A DNA stretch of 64,000 nt from Porphyromonadaceae bacterium. GTDB lineage: Bacteria > Bacteroidota > Bacteroidia > Bacteroidales > UBA12481. The notes below the pieces were generated by a model. It was given only the letters and a program-made list of their open reading frames with translations, searched no databases and was not told the DNA's origin. The stretch spans positions 15,952 to 79,951 of the forward strand of contig QYQM01000061.1 in NCBI GenBank assembly GCA_007280905.1, read 5' to 3'. Made by a program: the position numbers and the translations under genes. This document shows positions 18,652-27,519 of the stretch, in pieces. How positions within the stretch are numbered: the first letter of the stretch is position 1; each line of letters starts with the position of its first letter.

Positions 18652-19599
18652 TCAAAAGGAATCCATCTCCCGGTATGCCGCTATCACTCTTGCATCTCCC
18701 ACTTTACCAGGCAGCGATTTCCCGTGTTCCATGCAAAGAGTGCCATCAAATCCTTTTTCAAAAAGAAACTTGAATATGTTTTTGTAATTGATTTCACCGG
18801 ATGTAGGTTCATTTCTGCCGGGATTGTCGCCCAGATGAAATGCACCTATCTCGCTGTAAGAGGCTTCGATATTCGGAATCAGATTCCCTTCAGTTATTTG
18901 CTGATGGTATAGATCGTTGACTATCTTGATATACGGACTGTTCACTGCCCGGCAAATCAGATAAGCCTGGGGAATCCTGGTCAGGAAAAGTCCGGGATGA
19001 TCATGGAGGGTATTCAACGGTTCGAGTACCATGGTTAATCCGGCCGGCTCAAAAATCCCGGCACAATACCGAAGGTTCTCGATCACATTGGCAGTCTGAT
19101 AATCCCAATGCAAACTTTCATCATACCTTCCCGGTACCACCAGGGCCCATTTGGCATTGGTCCTTTTGGCAACCTCAACACCCTGTTTCATCCGGTCAAG
19201 TAATAAGGTACGCTTCTCCGGATCGCTGGTCACGAAAGAAGTCACTCCAAAATCAGCATACAACACAAACGGGCCCAGATCCATTCCCAGCCGGGACAGT
19301 TCAGCAGCAATCTTCTGCTGTTCCTCCACAGGCCTGTCCATCAGTCCATTATCAAAAATAGCCCGAAAACCTTGTTCATTGCAAAACCGGATATTATCGA
19401 TCGGATCACTACTCCCAACCGTTTCCCTGAACATTCCGATTGACGGTGCATACTTAAGTTTGAATGGCCCTGTCTCAGCGGACTTATTCCTTTGTCCTTG
19501 ATCCTGAGCCTTGAGTATTGTTGGGGCTGCCACTGCTGCTGCTGCTGCTATTGCCGCTTTCTGAATAAACCCCCGCCGACTGTTTTTTTTCTGGTCCAT
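18652..19599 (-). CDS. Tat-exported hydroxypyruvate isomerase/xylose-isomerase-like TIM-barrel protein
   Basis: SRRGFIQK signal; VLEPLN, DLYHQQITEGN, GDNPGRNEP.SGEINY, MEH. Confidence 0.9.
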   Translation of the reverse strand: MDQKKNSRRGFIQKAAIAAAAAVAAPTILKAQDQGQRNKSAETGPFKLKYAPSIGMFRETVGSSDPIDNIRFCNEQGFRAIFDNGLMDRPVEEQQKIAAELSRLGMDLGPFVLYADFGVTSFVTSDPEKRTLLLDRMKQGVEVAKRTNAKWALVVPGRYDESLHWDYQTANVIENLRYCAGIFEPAGLTMVLEPLNTLHDHPGLFLTRIPQAYLICRAVNSPYIKIVNDLYHQQITEGNLIPNIEASYSEIGAFHLGDNPGRNEPTSGEINYKNIFKFLFEKGFDGTLCMEHGKSLPGKVGDARVIAAYREMDSF

Positions 19600-19610
19600 G
19601 GGATTGATTA

Positions 19611-20969
19611 TTATCCTACAAATGCTTCGCCTGGTATGGGTACGGTCTTAGATACATCATTTACCGGACCGAGGACATAAACCTTCGGTCCAAGATTCAG
19701 ATCGGAGTTCATCATCTCATCATAGGTTACCTCTTTACCGGTATAAGCTGATATCCTTCCCATGATCCCGACCATCGTGGAGATCGCGGTGTTTTCAGCC
19801 TCATTGATGGGCTTATTGGTCCGTATTGAGGTAACCAGGTCAATGTGTTCCTGATCATATGGCCCCACAGCGATACTCTTTTCTCCTTGGGCATCAACTA
19901 TATATGGGAATGTCCAGATATCCTTCCCGGCAAGGTCAACCAGCCTGATGTTGTTTCCATTCAGAAGAGCAGCACCTTCGGCTCCCTGAATTCTTTCAAA
20001 TACCCCACCACCGCAGCCATTGATCTGGCGGCACATACTATGCAAATGACGGCCATCTTCGAATACATAGTCGACGCTGAAACTGTCATATTGATCGCCT
20101 GTAACCCTGCGCTGCCTCGAACCAAATCCCAGAGCCTTTACCGGATGAGCTCCAAAGAACCATAGCCCGACATCAATATTATGTACATGCTGCTCAACGA
20201 TATGATCGCCCGATAACCAGGTCCAGTTCACCCAGTTGCGGATCATGGCTTCCATCTCGCTCCATTCGGCTTTTGGATTCGTATGCCATAATTTGTCCTG
20301 GTTCCAGTAAACATTACCCCCGGTGATTTCACCAATAACTCCGCCGGCAACCTTTTTGTAGATCTCTACATAATCGCGTTGATGCCTGCGCTGGGTTCCG
20401 GTAATCACGGATAGTTCCATTGCCGCAGCCTTTTTAGCCGAACCCATTATGGAACGAGCCCCAACTGGATCAACTGCTACCGGCTTTTCCAGAAAACAAT
20501 GTTTCCTGGCCTGAACCGCAGCTTCAAAGTGTATAGGTCGGAAATAGGGTGGAGTAGCCAATAATGCTATGTCAATATTCGTCTGAAGAAGTTTTTCATA
20601 AGCATCAAATCCGACGAAACAGTTTTCGTCAGCGATATCCTGGTTCCAGTCGGCCTTTAACTTGGCCCTGCTTTCGGCCAGTCTATCCGGCAGGAGATCT
20701 GCCAGAGCAGTGATTTTTAAATTCGGGCCTGCACTGAGAAAATTCATAGCAGCACCGGTACCCCGACCGCCGCAACCGATCAGGCCGGCCTTCAGTTCCG
20801 GACCATCAGGTGCCTTGTTCAATAAGGTACATAAAGTATAATCAACAGCCTTTCCTTTACTTTTTGGTGCACAGGAGGTGATGAGCGCAGGACTGATTGC
20901 CCCGATAGCTCCAACGGCCGCAGCACGGCCAAGAAAATTCCTTCTTGAAAGATTTGTTTTATTTGACAT
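19611..20969 (-). CDS. Tat lipoprotein, Gfo/Idh/MocA oxidoreductase
   Basis: SRRNFL plus LITSC lipobox; GLIGCGGRGTGA, ATPPYFRP, FLEKPVAVD, GTQRRH, SGDHIVEQHVHNID. Confidence 0.92.
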   Translation of the reverse strand: MSNKTNLSRRNFLGRAAAVGAIGAISPALITSCAPKSKGKAVDYTLCTLLNKAPDGPELKAGLIGCGGRGTGAAMNFLSAGPNLKITALADLLPDRLAESRAKLKADWNQDIADENCFVGFDAYEKLLQTNIDIALLATPPYFRPIHFEAAVQARKHCFLEKPVAVDPVGARSIMGSAKKAAAMELSVITGTQRRHQRDYVEIYKKVAGGVIGEITGGNVYWNQDKLWHTNPKAEWSEMEAMIRNWVNWTWLSGDHIVEQHVHNIDVGLWFFGAHPVKALGFGSRQRRVTGDQYDSFSVDYVFEDGRHLHSMCRQINGCGGGVFERIQGAEGAALLNGNNIRLVDLAGKDIWTFPYIVDAQGEKSIAVGPYDQEHIDLVTSIRTNKPINEAENTAISTMVGIMGRISAYTGKEVTYDEMMNSDLNLGPKVYVLGPVNDVSKTVPIPGEAFVG

Positions 20970-21009
20970 GGCTTTTAGTATATAATGTTTATCAAAAGTT
21001 TAATTGGTT

Positions 21010-21188
21010 CAGGTTGCAGGTTGGGAGTTGCGAGTGGTCAGTTGTTATGGTTGTTGTGTTGGTTATCGGTTATCCATTATCGGAACTCAATATATAAATT
21101 CCGAATTTAGTAATAAGTTCTTATTCAGTCTTCTCTTTCTTTTCTTTCTTAACGTCTTCTGTCTTTTGTCTTCCCGTCTTAAAGTCTT
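21010..21188. repeat. Mosaic of degenerate 7-8-mer tandem repeats
   Basis: CAGGTTG CAGGTTG GGAGTTG CGAGTGG TCAGTTG, then GGTTATC units (21010-21083); GTCTT-based units at 21128-21188. Confidence 0.7.
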
Positions 21189-22684
21189 CCCGTTGACGTG
21201 TCGTATTCACAAATCACCCTGAATCCTACATAAAAACAATCCGAATACCACCAGATACTCTTTGGTGACTGCGGATCGGTCCTGAGCCAGGATTGTGTTT
21301 GTGTGAATTCCCGAGCCGCAGACCGTACCTGGTCAGCCTGGCTTTTATAACTTCCCCCTCTTACAACATGTTCGGTTCCCGAGGATGGTCCCTTCGGGTC
21401 GGTTACTACCCCCTGGTATTTGGAATAGGTGTCAGGTGCATACCAATCGGAACAGAATTCCGCAACGTTGCCAAGCATATTCTTTAATCCATACGCGTTC
21501 GCAAGCACAAATGAAGGCTCCTGGGTTTTTGCCTGGCTATTCTCTTTATAAACCACAAACCGGTTAATCATCGTGGTATCTTTCTTCGAGGAGAGGAATT
21601 TCGATTTTACGAAAGTTTTCGGGTTGCCTTCAAAGAAATAAGGAGTCTCTTTCCCGGCCCTTGCAGCATATTCCCATTCTGCCTCTGTTGGCAACCGATA
21701 AGTTTTACCGGTCACGATTGATAGCCATTTGCAATAGGTAAGGGCGGCATTAAAACTGGCCGATATAACTGGCCGTTTTCCCTTGCCCCAGTTCTGATCG
21801 GGTTGTCCATAGGGCGGGGTTGCACCGATAATGGCATCGACCGTGGTTACCGTATTTAAATCAGTTTTTACTGCAGTTTTACCTTGTCGGGCAGTCTGGG
21901 AGTAAAACGCCAGATATTCATTCCAGCTGACTTCAACCTCGCCCATAAAGAACTGACTGACCTGTACCTCTTTAGCCGGACCTTCATCAGGTTTGCGATA
22001 CGACTCATTATCCGGACTTCCCATTTTAAATGTTCCGCCTGCTATGGCGACCATCTTAAACGAAACTCCGGTTTTGGGTATTTTCTCTATGTAGGATTCG
22101 AACTTCTCAACTTTGGCCGGTTCCGTAAAAACCTCCCCGGATACAACCTCTTTACCAAACCCGGCGTTTGCTTTGTGTGAATAGTTCGGATCATAATGGC
22201 CGGCATTCAGGTGACAGTTAATGCATCGGATATCTTCGCCTTTTTTTATCTGTGCATCATAATACAAATGTGCATCCGATCCTTCCTTGGTTAGCTTCGC
22301 CGGATATAGGTTGGGATGGCATTTCAAACAAGTGGATTCAAATACATAACCTTTTGCATAGTCAAGCTTTGATTTGGCATCCCAGTTGAATGAGGCTGAG
22401 TCCTTAAACCAATAGCTCCAGAGATCCCTTAACCCGGTACGGGCCTTTTCAGGAAGATAGCCATGGCCTTGCGGAGGAAGGTGACAGTCAACACAATGCG
22501 TCCGAAAACCACTCCGGGTTTCATAATGGACAGATTTTTTCCAGGATAGGTCTGCCTGAGGATGGATGTGGCAGGAAATACAGTATTTGTCACTTGATGT
22601 AGCTTCAACAGCCTTATTTCCAGCTAAAATTAACACGATTCCGATGACCAGGCCAGGAACAAAAAAAAGCCAAATTCGTTTCAC
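21179..22684 (-). CDS. NapC/NirT-type tetraheme cytochrome c fused to a SUMF1/FGE-sulfatase-fold domain
   Basis: Probable GTG start at 22684; N-terminal TM helix; CISCH, CVDCH, CLKCH, CINCH; C-domain F.MGS, RLPTEAEWEYAARAG, N.YGL.NMLGNVAE, RGGS, GFRV. Confidence 0.88.
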   Translation of the reverse strand: MKRIWLFFVPGLVIGIVLILAGNKAVEATSSDKYCISCHIHPQADLSWKKSVHYETRSGFRTHCVDCHLPPQGHGYLPEKARTGLRDLWSYWFKDSASFNWDAKSKLDYAKGYVFESTCLKCHPNLYPAKLTKEGSDAHLYYDAQIKKGEDIRCINCHLNAGHYDPNYSHKANAGFGKEVVSGEVFTEPAKVEKFESYIEKIPKTGVSFKMVAIAGGTFKMGSPDNESYRKPDEGPAKEVQVSQFFMGEVEVSWNEYLAFYSQTARQGKTAVKTDLNTVTTVDAIIGATPPYGQPDQNWGKGKRPVISASFNAALTYCKWLSIVTGKTYRLPTEAEWEYAARAGKETPYFFEGNPKTFVKSKFLSSKKDTTMINRFVVYKENSQAKTQEPSFVLANAYGLKNMLGNVAEFCSDWYAPDTYSKYQGVVTDPKGPSSGTEHVVRGGSYKSQADQVRSAAREFTQTQSWLRTDPQSPKSIWWYSDCFYVGFRVICEYDTSTGRL

Positions 22685-22905
22685 GCGTAAAATTGTTTTA
22701 AAAATCGCAGCAAGATAATAAATTGACCACAGACCGACCAACCCCAAACCTGGAAATCTGTATCAAACTTAAACCTTACCTGGATCTTAAACTTCGGAAT
22801 TCAGAATTCTAAATTCAGATCTCAGACGGATCTCATCCGGATCTCTTGAAAGCCTCTTTCACCATTTTGCCTATCTTAGTATCCTTAACCTAAGCAAAAC
22901 CAAAC

Positions 22906-23484
22906 ATGAAGTCAAGGTTCATACTCATATCTGTATCGTTCTTGATTACTGCAAGTTTGATCGCACAAGATCTCCCGGTACCTGCATATACCCCAAAACC
23001 AGTTCAGGTTAAGGGTGTTGTAATGCCTTTGATTAATCTGAACGGAGGATGGAGTTTTTATTCTGCACCCAACACCCGGGCAGCATACTGAAAAAAGGTT
23101 AACATACCTGCCAATTGGAAAGGGAGCCATATAATATTAAAATGCAATGGACTCTATAGCGATGCTGTTATTTATGTCAATGGCAGGTTGGCTGGTACCC
23201 ATGAGGGAGGGTTCACCCTGGCCGATACCCTGGCTTCTGCAACATAATATGCTGCTCATCCATTGGGTGGAATTACACGCAAAATAGAAATTTTTGCAGT
23301 ACCCGAAGTTCACCTGTCGCAAATCAATCTATCAACCGGTCTCGATGAACAATTTATCAACGCAGATCTTAATATCGATTTGGAAATAAGCAAAATACTC
23401 AAAGGGTCATTGGCCGGATCAACAATTGAAGTCGTTCTGTTGATTTCCGTGCTACCCGTGAAAAAATCAAATGGGCTGAACTGA
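22906..23484 (+). pseudogene. Decayed glycoside hydrolase family 2 gene (signal peptide and sugar-binding domain remnant)
   Basis: One frame reads LNGGWSF...AAY*KKVNIPANWKGSHIILKCNGLYSDAVIYVNGRLAGTHEGGFT LADTLASAT*YAAHPLGGITRKIEIFAVP, with stops at 23089 and 23245; no catalytic barrel follows. Confidence 0.8.
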
Positions 23485-23605
23485 CGAATGGATCCAAAGG
23501 AGCGAAAGCCCCTGAAAAAAGGTGATTCTTTTAAAGGTTCTGTAACGTTATCTGATTTTTGAAACATCCGGGATAATTTTATACATTCACTCGTAAAAAT
23601 TTATT

Positions 23606-23839
23606 ATGCCGAAGAAATCTGAAAGATCGGTCATGTACAAAGTCTGGCGCTTCTATATTGATGGATTTAAGGATCTTTCATTATGGGGACGCAGCGTATG
23701 GATCATCATCCTGATCAAACTATTTATCATGTTTGTGATCATCCGTCTGTTTTTCATGCCTGATTTCCTTAAGAAAAATTATACAACCGATGAGCAACGA
23801 TCCAAACACGTTCTCGAAAATCTAACTTCTCAACTATGA
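23606..23839 (+). CDS. DUF4492 small membrane protein upstream of cydA
   Basis: FYIDGF..L..WGR.VWIIILIKLFIMF.I.RLFFMPDFL; stop overlaps cydA start. Confidence 0.88.
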   Translation: MPKKSERSVMYKVWRFYIDGFKDLSLWGRSVWIIILIKLFIMFVIIRLFFMPDFLKKNYTTDEQRSKHVLENLTSQL

Positions 23840-25401
23840 TAAGCTCTATTGATTTGTCACCGCTGGTCGATTGGTCGAGGGCACAATTTGCCCTGACTGC
23901 CATGTACCACTGGCTTTTTGTACCACTGACACTTGGGATCACCTGGATTATTGCCATGATGGAAACGATCTACGTGAAAACCGGTGATCCGGAATGGAAG
24001 AAGATTACCAGATTCTGGATGAAACTATTCGGAATCAATTTTGCCATCGGAGTTGCAACCGGTATCATTCTTGAATTTGAATTCGGTACGAACTGGTCAA
24101 ATTATTCCTGGTTCGTTGGTGATATTTTCGGAGCCCCGCTGGCGATCGAGGGAATTATGGCTTTCTTTATGGAGTCGACCTTCATCGCAGTCATGTTTTT
24201 CGGATGGAACAAGGTGAGCAAAAAATTCCATCTTGCCTCGTCTTGGCTGGTAGCCATTGGTGCTAACCTTTCAGCCCTTTGGATACTCGTCGCAAATGCC
24301 TGGATGCAGAATCCCACGGGAACAGCTTTCAATCCTGAAACAGCCCGCAATGAAATGACCTCCTTCTGGGATGTCCTGTTCTCACCGGTTGCCGTCAATA
24401 AATTCCTCCATACCATTACATCGGGGATGGTGCTGGCGTCAATTTTTGTTATTGGTGTCAGTGCCTGGTTCCTGCTCAAGAAACGGGAACCCCGGATGGC
24501 TCTCCGCAGTATTACAGTTGCATCGGTTTTCGGCCTGCTGGCTTCGGTTTCACTGGCCCTCACGGGAGATGGATCGGCTAAACAAATAGCAGAGGTCCAG
24601 CCAATGAAGCTCGCTGCCATGGAAGGACTCTACAATGGGAAAAACGAAGCCGGCCTGGTAGCTATCGGAATTTTGAACGGTCAGAAGAAACGTGATGCAG
24701 ATGACATATTTGCAGTTAAACTGGAAATGCCAAAGCTGCTCTCATGGATTGCCTATGGCGATCCTCAACATTTTGTTGCAGGGATCAACGATTTCACTAA
24801 AGGCAATGCTAGCCAGGGAATTCTTTCCATACCCGAAAAGGTGGAACGTGGAAAGGTAGCCCGGCAAACGCTAACGGATTTTAAAAATGCTAAGTCGGCC
24901 GGAAACTTAGTTAAGGCTGATAGCTTAAAGTCAAAGTTCTATGATAAAGAATTCCTGGATAATAATTTTAAATACTTCGGATACGGATTCAATGATGAGG
25001 TGAAATACTATGTCCCTAATGTGCCGCTTACCTTTTATAGCTTCCATATTATGGTGATCCTGGGATTCGGATTCATGGTGTTCTTCGCTCTCTTCCTCTT
25101 TTTCTCTGCACGCGGTGAATTGCCACGGAGGAAATTCTGGCTCCGGCTGGCCCCGTGGATTATTCCACTGGCTTATATTGCCTCGGAGGCAGGCTGGGTT
25201 GTTGCAGAACTCGGACGGCAGCCCTGGACAATCCAGGATTTGTTGCCGACAGTGGCTGCGGTAACTAAGCTGGACTCCGGAACTGTCATGGTGACATTCA
25301 TCCTGTTCGCAGTCACCTTTACTGTTTTGGCAATCGCTGAAGTGAATATCATGGTTAAAGCAATTAAGCACGGACCTAAAGATGAAGGAGGAACCAAGTA
25401 A
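23836..25401 (+). CDS. cydA: Cytochrome bd ubiquinol oxidase subunit I
   Basis: RAQFALTAMYHWLFVP, EFEFGTNWS, QPMKLAAME, GWVVAELGRQPW. Confidence 0.97.
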   Translation: MISSIDLSPLVDWSRAQFALTAMYHWLFVPLTLGITWIIAMMETIYVKTGDPEWKKITRFWMKLFGINFAIGVATGIILEFEFGTNWSNYSWFVGDIFGAPLAIEGIMAFFMESTFIAVMFFGWNKVSKKFHLASSWLVAIGANLSALWILVANAWMQNPTGTAFNPETARNEMTSFWDVLFSPVAVNKFLHTITSGMVLASIFVIGVSAWFLLKKREPRMALRSITVASVFGLLASVSLALTGDGSAKQIAEVQPMKLAAMEGLYNGKNEAGLVAIGILNGQKKRDADDIFAVKLEMPKLLSWIAYGDPQHFVAGINDFTKGNASQGILSIPEKVERGKVARQTLTDFKNAKSAGNLVKADSLKSKFYDKEFLDNNFKYFGYGFNDEVKYYVPNVPLTFYSFHIMVILGFGFMVFFALFLFFSARGELPRRKFWLRLAPWIIPLAYIASEAGWVVAELGRQPWTIQDLLPTVAAVTKLDSGTVMVTFILFAVTFTVLAIAEVNIMVKAIKHGPKDEGGTK

Positions 25402-26534
25402 TGTTTGAATCTCTGTCATACCTCGTTTTACAGCAATACTGGTGGATCATCATTGCACTGTTAGGCAGTGTGCTGGTTTTCCTGATGTTTGTTCAAGGTG
25501 GGCAAACACTGCTCGGAAACCTGGGGAAAAACGAAACAGAACGCACCATTTTGGTTAACTCCCTCGGACGGAAATGGGAATTCACATTTACCACCCTGGT
25601 GACTTTCGGCGGGGCTTTTTTCGCCTCTTTTCCACTTTTCTATGCATCCAGTTTCGGCGGCGCCTACTGGGTTTGGATGTTAATCCTGTTCGCGTTCATT
25701 ATTCAGGCCGTCTCCTATCAGTTCCGGACAAAAGCCGGTAATTTCCTCGGACAGAAGACCTACGAAACTTTTCTGTATATCAATGGCCTCTTGGGTACTA
25801 TCCTGATTGGTACAGCGTTGGGAACGTTTTTTACCGGATCCCAATTTTCTCTTAACGAGATGAATCAGGTTACCTGGGAAGGCCCTGCACGTGGTCTCGA
25901 AGCTGCTCTCAACTTTCAAAACCTGTCGCTCGGCCTTGCCGTTTTCTTTCTCTCAAGGGTACTGGCAACCCTCTATTTTATGAATAACGTCGACGAAGAA
26001 ACAATTTTTACCAGATCAAAAAGGCACCTCATGATCAATACCGTCCCATTTCTGGTATTCTTCCTCTTTTTTCTGATCCGGCTGATGTTTATCGAAGGAT
26101 ATGCATATAATCCGGAAACCAAAATGGTCTTTCTGGAAAAGTACAAATACCTTCATAATTTTCTGGATATGCCACTGGTTCTGGCCATCCTCCTCATCGG
26201 TGTTGTCGATGTTCTTTATGGAATCTGGATTTCACTTCTGAAAAATAAGTGCACCAAGGGAATCTGGTTTGCCGGATCGGGTACCATCCTTACCGTAATG
26301 AGCCTTTTCCTGATTGCCGGATTTAATCATACCGCTTTCTACCCGTCCTCTTTCGATCTTCAATCATCACTGACCATCGAAAATGCCTCTTCCAGCAAAT
26401 TCACCCTGTCGACAATGTCGTATGTTTCACTTATGGTGCCTTTTATAATAGCATATATATGGTACGCATGGTGGTCCATTAACAAAAAGAAAATCAACCG
26501 CGAAGAACTCAAATCGGAAGATCATCTTTATTAG
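25401..26534 (+). CDS. cydB: Cytochrome bd ubiquinol oxidase subunit II
   Basis: GRKWEFTFTTLVTFGGAFFASFP, SLTIENASSS; follows cydA. Confidence 0.95.
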   Translation: MFESLSYLVLQQYWWIIIALLGSVLVFLMFVQGGQTLLGNLGKNETERTILVNSLGRKWEFTFTTLVTFGGAFFASFPLFYASSFGGAYWVWMLILFAFIIQAVSYQFRTKAGNFLGQKTYETFLYINGLLGTILIGTALGTFFTGSQFSLNEMNQVTWEGPARGLEAALNFQNLSLGLAVFFLSRVLATLYFMNNVDEETIFTRSKRHLMINTVPFLVFFLFFLIRLMFIEGYAYNPETKMVFLEKYKYLHNFLDMPLVLAILLIGVVDVLYGIWISLLKNKCTKGIWFAGSGTILTVMSLFLIAGFNHTAFYPSSFDLQSSLTIENASSSKFTLSTMSYVSLMVPFIIAYIWYAWWSINKKKINREELKSEDHLY

Positions 26535-26569
26535 CTAACAAACTCGTCACTTGTAACTCTTAAATAATC

Positions 26570-26689
26570 ATGTATATAAAGGAAATTCTCTGGCTTCTCT
26601 CCTGGCCCGCATTGATTGCCGCAGCCTATTATATTATACGATATGCTCTGAAAAAGTTTGAATCGCATCTGCCCGACAAGGAAGATTGA
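26570..26689 (+). CDS. Small single-TM protein (39 aa), candidate cytochrome bd accessory subunit
   Basis: Manual translation MYIKEILWLLSWPALIAAAYYIIRYALKKFESHLPDKED; 35 nt after cydB, AT-rich leader, fills the gap to pssA. Confidence 0.7.
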   Translation: MYIKEILWLLSWPALIAAAYYIIRYALKKFESHLPDKED

Positions 26690-26692
26690 GCA

Positions 26693-27439
26693 TCACTCCT
26701 TGACTGCAATCGCCAGAATTCCGGAATATAAAATGTATACCGGAATGGTGAGGAATAATCCGGTATACCCAAAGATGATGATCAAGGACAAGGCAATAGC
26801 CGCAAAGAGGTAGGTATATTTATTTTGCTTAAGGCTGAATCCCTTGATTTTCATTGAGTAAAGCCGCAGGGGACTAACCATCAGGTATGAAACGATTACC
26901 GAATATAAGGGTACAAACAGATCGTTATTCAACCAGTCGATCAGAAATGAATTCGGCTGACTGTGCATCACAAGCGGGAGTGCAAGTACCATTAATCCGT
27001 TAGCCGGGGATGGCAGTCCTATGAATTGATGAGATTGCCGCTCATCGATATTAAACTTGGCCAGCCGCAATCCGGCAAATACGGGTAAAAGAAATGGAAG
27101 TAACCGCAGTATAAGGGTTCCGGCAGGTTGTGTGAGTGAAAATGGTCTACCCTCGCCGAGCTGCTCCTGGATGCCGAATAACAATGCAGCCGGCGCCAAA
27201 CCGAAAGTGATCAGATCAGCAAGGGAATCAAGCTCCTTGCCGATGGGCGAATGAGCCTTCAGCAACCTGGCAGCCATGCCGTCAAACAGATCAAAAATGA
27301 AGCCCAGCGATACTAGAATTGCTCCTTCCAGGAGGTACCCTCGAAGTGCAAGCAATACTGCAAGCGATCCGCACAGCAGATTGAGCAGCGTAAGCGTATT
27401 CGGGATTTGTTGAACGATGTTTCGAATAATCCGTTTCAT
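26693..27439 (-). CDS. pssA: CDP-diacylglycerol--serine O-phosphatidyltransferase
   Basis: IPNTLTLLNL, DLFDGMAAR...GKELDSLADLITFG, LRLAKFN, FIGLPSP; likely ATG at 27439. Confidence 0.9.
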   Translation of the reverse strand: MKRIIRNIVQQIPNTLTLLNLLCGSLAVLLALRGYLLEGAILVSLGFIFDLFDGMAARLLKAHSPIGKELDSLADLITFGLAPAALLFGIQEQLGEGRPFSLTQPAGTLILRLLPFLLPVFAGLRLAKFNIDERQSHQFIGLPSPANGLMVLALPLVMHSQPNSFLIDWLNNDLFVPLYSVIVSYLMVSPLRLYSMKIKGFSLKQNKYTYLFAAIALSLIIIFGYTGLFLTIPVYILYSGILAIAVKE

Positions 27440-27519
27440 AAATTTGGGCAATAAATTAGCATAAAAATAGTTAAAAAGGTTAGTTTACTTATCTTGGCAA
27501 TCGAATCGTAAAATTTAAT

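Noticed and set aside
21004-21222. 72-aa ORF in the spacer after the NapC-FGE gene
   Set aside because: Reads through low-complexity repeat tracts from a TTG start
21179-22100. FGE/C-type-lectin-fold domain as a diversity-generating retroelement target
   Set aside because: No reverse transcriptase and no template-repeat copy of the 3' end seen in the window
23089-23247. In-frame TGA/TAA as recoding (selenocysteine or alternative genetic code)
   Set aside because: Other genes in the window use TGA and TAA as stops; the fragment also has deletions and lacks the catalytic domain, so decay is simpler
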